Assembly (NCBI RefSeq): GCF_964204645.1 | Contig: NC_134025.1 | Coordinates: 6,262,001-6,326,000, forward strand | Direction of reading: 5' to 3' | Length of the DNA: 64,000 nt | Source of the DNA: Tubulanus polymorphus | Lineage: Eukaryota > Animalia > Nemertea | In this document: piece after piece, positions 61,707 to 64,000 of the stretch | How positions within the stretch are numbered: the stretch's first letter is position 1 | Layout of the letters: the number at the start of each line of letters is the position of its first letter | The notes under the pieces: generated by a model | Database searches by the model: none | Seen by the model: the letters and a program-made list of their open reading frames with translations, nothing else | What the model was told of the DNA's origin: nothing | Position numbers and translations under genes: made by a program

Positions 61707-63089
61707 AGTATGAATGGCATTAGCTGGCATAGAATATAGCAACTGCCTTTTAAAATTCTATAGGCCTATATGGAAAGAATGGACGATGATTCAACTGACA
61801 ATGCGAATTATACATATTTGTTGAAATGAATGGAAAAGAAATGCAATGATTGAAAAGACATGCAATGATTACACTGCCTCACAGTGCCTGAGACTGCCTG
61901 ACGTGACGGCACATGTATCGTATGGCATACCTCGCGTCGTAGTTTGTATACGAGGAGACGATGTATGGGTTCCTCTTGTTTGGGGACTACTTCTCGCCGT
62001 CTCGTAATGACAGCAGAAAAGAAAACACAAAAAAATCTCAGCAGAATAAAAATATTTTGATGCAGCTAGCGCCCCCTCTTTTCTGGTCCACAATTCAATA
62101 TTTATGACGAAATAAAATCACGGATAAAGGTGTCTGATCACGGCCCCGGACGCAGCCGCGGCCCGGCCCAAATTTCAACGTGCAGTTAATTGTACCGGTA
62201 TTTAAATCTAGTGATTGTGAGATTAGTCTTTAAAACGATTTGATTGTAAATGGACTGTGTCACTAAACCTAAAACCGTTAGTGAGGTTTTAGGTTAATGA
62301 CATGCACCAGTGATGACCCCCTGGAAATAAAACATCTACGCCGGCATTGGCCGCTATTCATCAGAACCATTTTAACATTTCAATTGTCGCGAACTATTTT
62401 CTGGTTTTGGATAATTTTCATGGGTATTAAAATGGTTTAGTGACTTACTTATACATATGATATGTTTTTTTTAATCTTAGAATAGGGATTGTCCCGTTAT
62501 TTATTTATTTGGTTTGTAAATTCTGTTTGATTTTTCGATTGAGTGTCCCTTACAGACCCACCACACCTGCCGGGAGCGAAACAGGGAGTTTGATTTTGAA
62601 ATCGGAAATCGAAGTACAGATATAGTTGTGTGATGGGCGGTCGAGTTAACAGAATATTTTTAAATCGAAGTACATAATTGGAAATTCGATTCCGGTTCTT
62701 CCAAACAATCTTCCATTCAGTCTGAAATAAGATTTTTTACTGGTTTGATATCATTAATATTGCTTCTTATGGTTAAAAAAGATTTTAATGCAGGCTTAAA
62801 CTGCAAATAACCCTTTTCAACCTCTATGAAAATAGGAAATACAACTTCAAGAGATACTTAGATATTTCAAAATCAATAAATATTACGATTTCTTTTACGC
62901 GCGGTTAAGATATGCGGTCCTTGGTTTCACATAGTCACTGTTCTCAATTGTTGCATTCAAAACTTCCAAGAATCGCCAACAAATATCTGCATTTCATTTC
63001 CTTTAAAATGGTGTATAAATTAAGTTCATCGAGCAAGGGACTGCAGAACTATATGATATTCAATCTAAACTTATTTTTTTTAAATGAGC

Positions 63090-63800
63090 GCAAATTATTG
63101 CAACAATGGGACCTCGAGGGACCGCCACAAAATGGCGCCTAGAAACTGGAAACGTTCTTTATTAGTCTGTCCGCAGGTTGAAGTCCAATGACTTTGAGCG
63201 TTCAGCCGCTACAATGTGATCCGCTAAAAGTCAGCCAGAGGACAACATAACCTACCCATGGGTATATATTACTCAAATTTACCAAGAGTGATTAGATATA
63301 GTGTTGCGCCAATCCCTTCAGTCAATCTCTAGATCAGTTGAAGTTTATATTTGCCTGCGCCTCATCGCCAGAAATTAAAACTGATCTACGCGTCTTCGAA
63401 TAAAACTTTCCGACGGAAATGACATATTTTTGATTTTTTTTTAATTGTAATCCTAGTATTATTTCTGAGTGACACGCGCGGGCTGACTTTTAAAACCACT
63501 GATTATTAATCTCAATTTTCAAGTTTTCAACTTTTTCTTATGACGTCGTCGGCCGCACCCCGAAACTTTAGCTACCTCATTATGATAATATTTATTGATG
63601 ACTTCGCGATAAGTTGGCCACGCCACGCGCGGGATTTCACGTACGTATATAAAAGCGACGCTCTCTTTCTGCCGCAGGTCCATTTTTCTGTTTTCGAACA
63701 CAGTCAAGACAAAATGATCGCCATGTTTCGTAGCCGGAGGAAACGTTCACGGAATAAACCGAACACGTTGACCAGCTCAAATCGATTAAAATTTCTGCTG
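63090..63800. promoter_or_regulatory. CpG-rich candidate promoter region upstream of WDTC1
   Basis: CpG-dense sequence with YY1-like AAAATGGCG (~63129) and CGCCATGTTT (~63719); WDTC1 needs an upstream non-coding exon. Start site not resolved. Confidence 0.35.
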
Positions 63801-64000
63801 AATTTGGCCGTTTTATGTAAGTACACATATTTACGCAATTTCTTCGTAAATGAAAAAAATTGAAAAACAGAACAGGATCTGTGGAAAACTGCATGTATTA
63901 AGTCACTTTTCGGTAAATCTGAGTTATGTCCATGCAAGGTAAAGTTGTCGTATGTTTTGTGCATGGCTAGCAACAACATTGTTACTACTTCGTGTATTCA

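Overview
AT-rich, intron-rich invertebrate animal DNA (lophotrochozoan-like by impression only) with two convergent genes, both reconstructed by hand from GT-AG junctions and reading-frame phases. (1) On the + strand, a Still life (sif)/TIAM1-type Rac GEF: 25 coding exons from 21193 to 53821, about 1807 aa, with domain order acylated MGNKLC N-terminus, WH1/EVH1, low-complexity region, PH-CC-Ex, RBD, PDZ, DH, PH and C-terminal -TEC. The first ~21 kb looks like its 5' introns and alternative non-coding first exons. (2) On the - strand, WDTC1/adipose: 14 coding exons from 60808 to 57102, about 696 aa. The most notable signal is a candidate isoform system in sif: a 1.6-kb alternative myristoylated first exon that splices into the middle of the WH1 domain, a dual-frame mini first exon, a possible WH1-only terminal exon and a 24-nt microexon at the DH-PH junction. 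The introns also hold a young element with 576-bp inverted repeats, a Mutator-like MITE carrying tRNA B-box and NRF1-like motifs, many older MITE/SINE relics, and tentatively a decayed antisense nuclease-helicase pseudogene. All isoform and pseudogene calls are predictions without transcript or database support.
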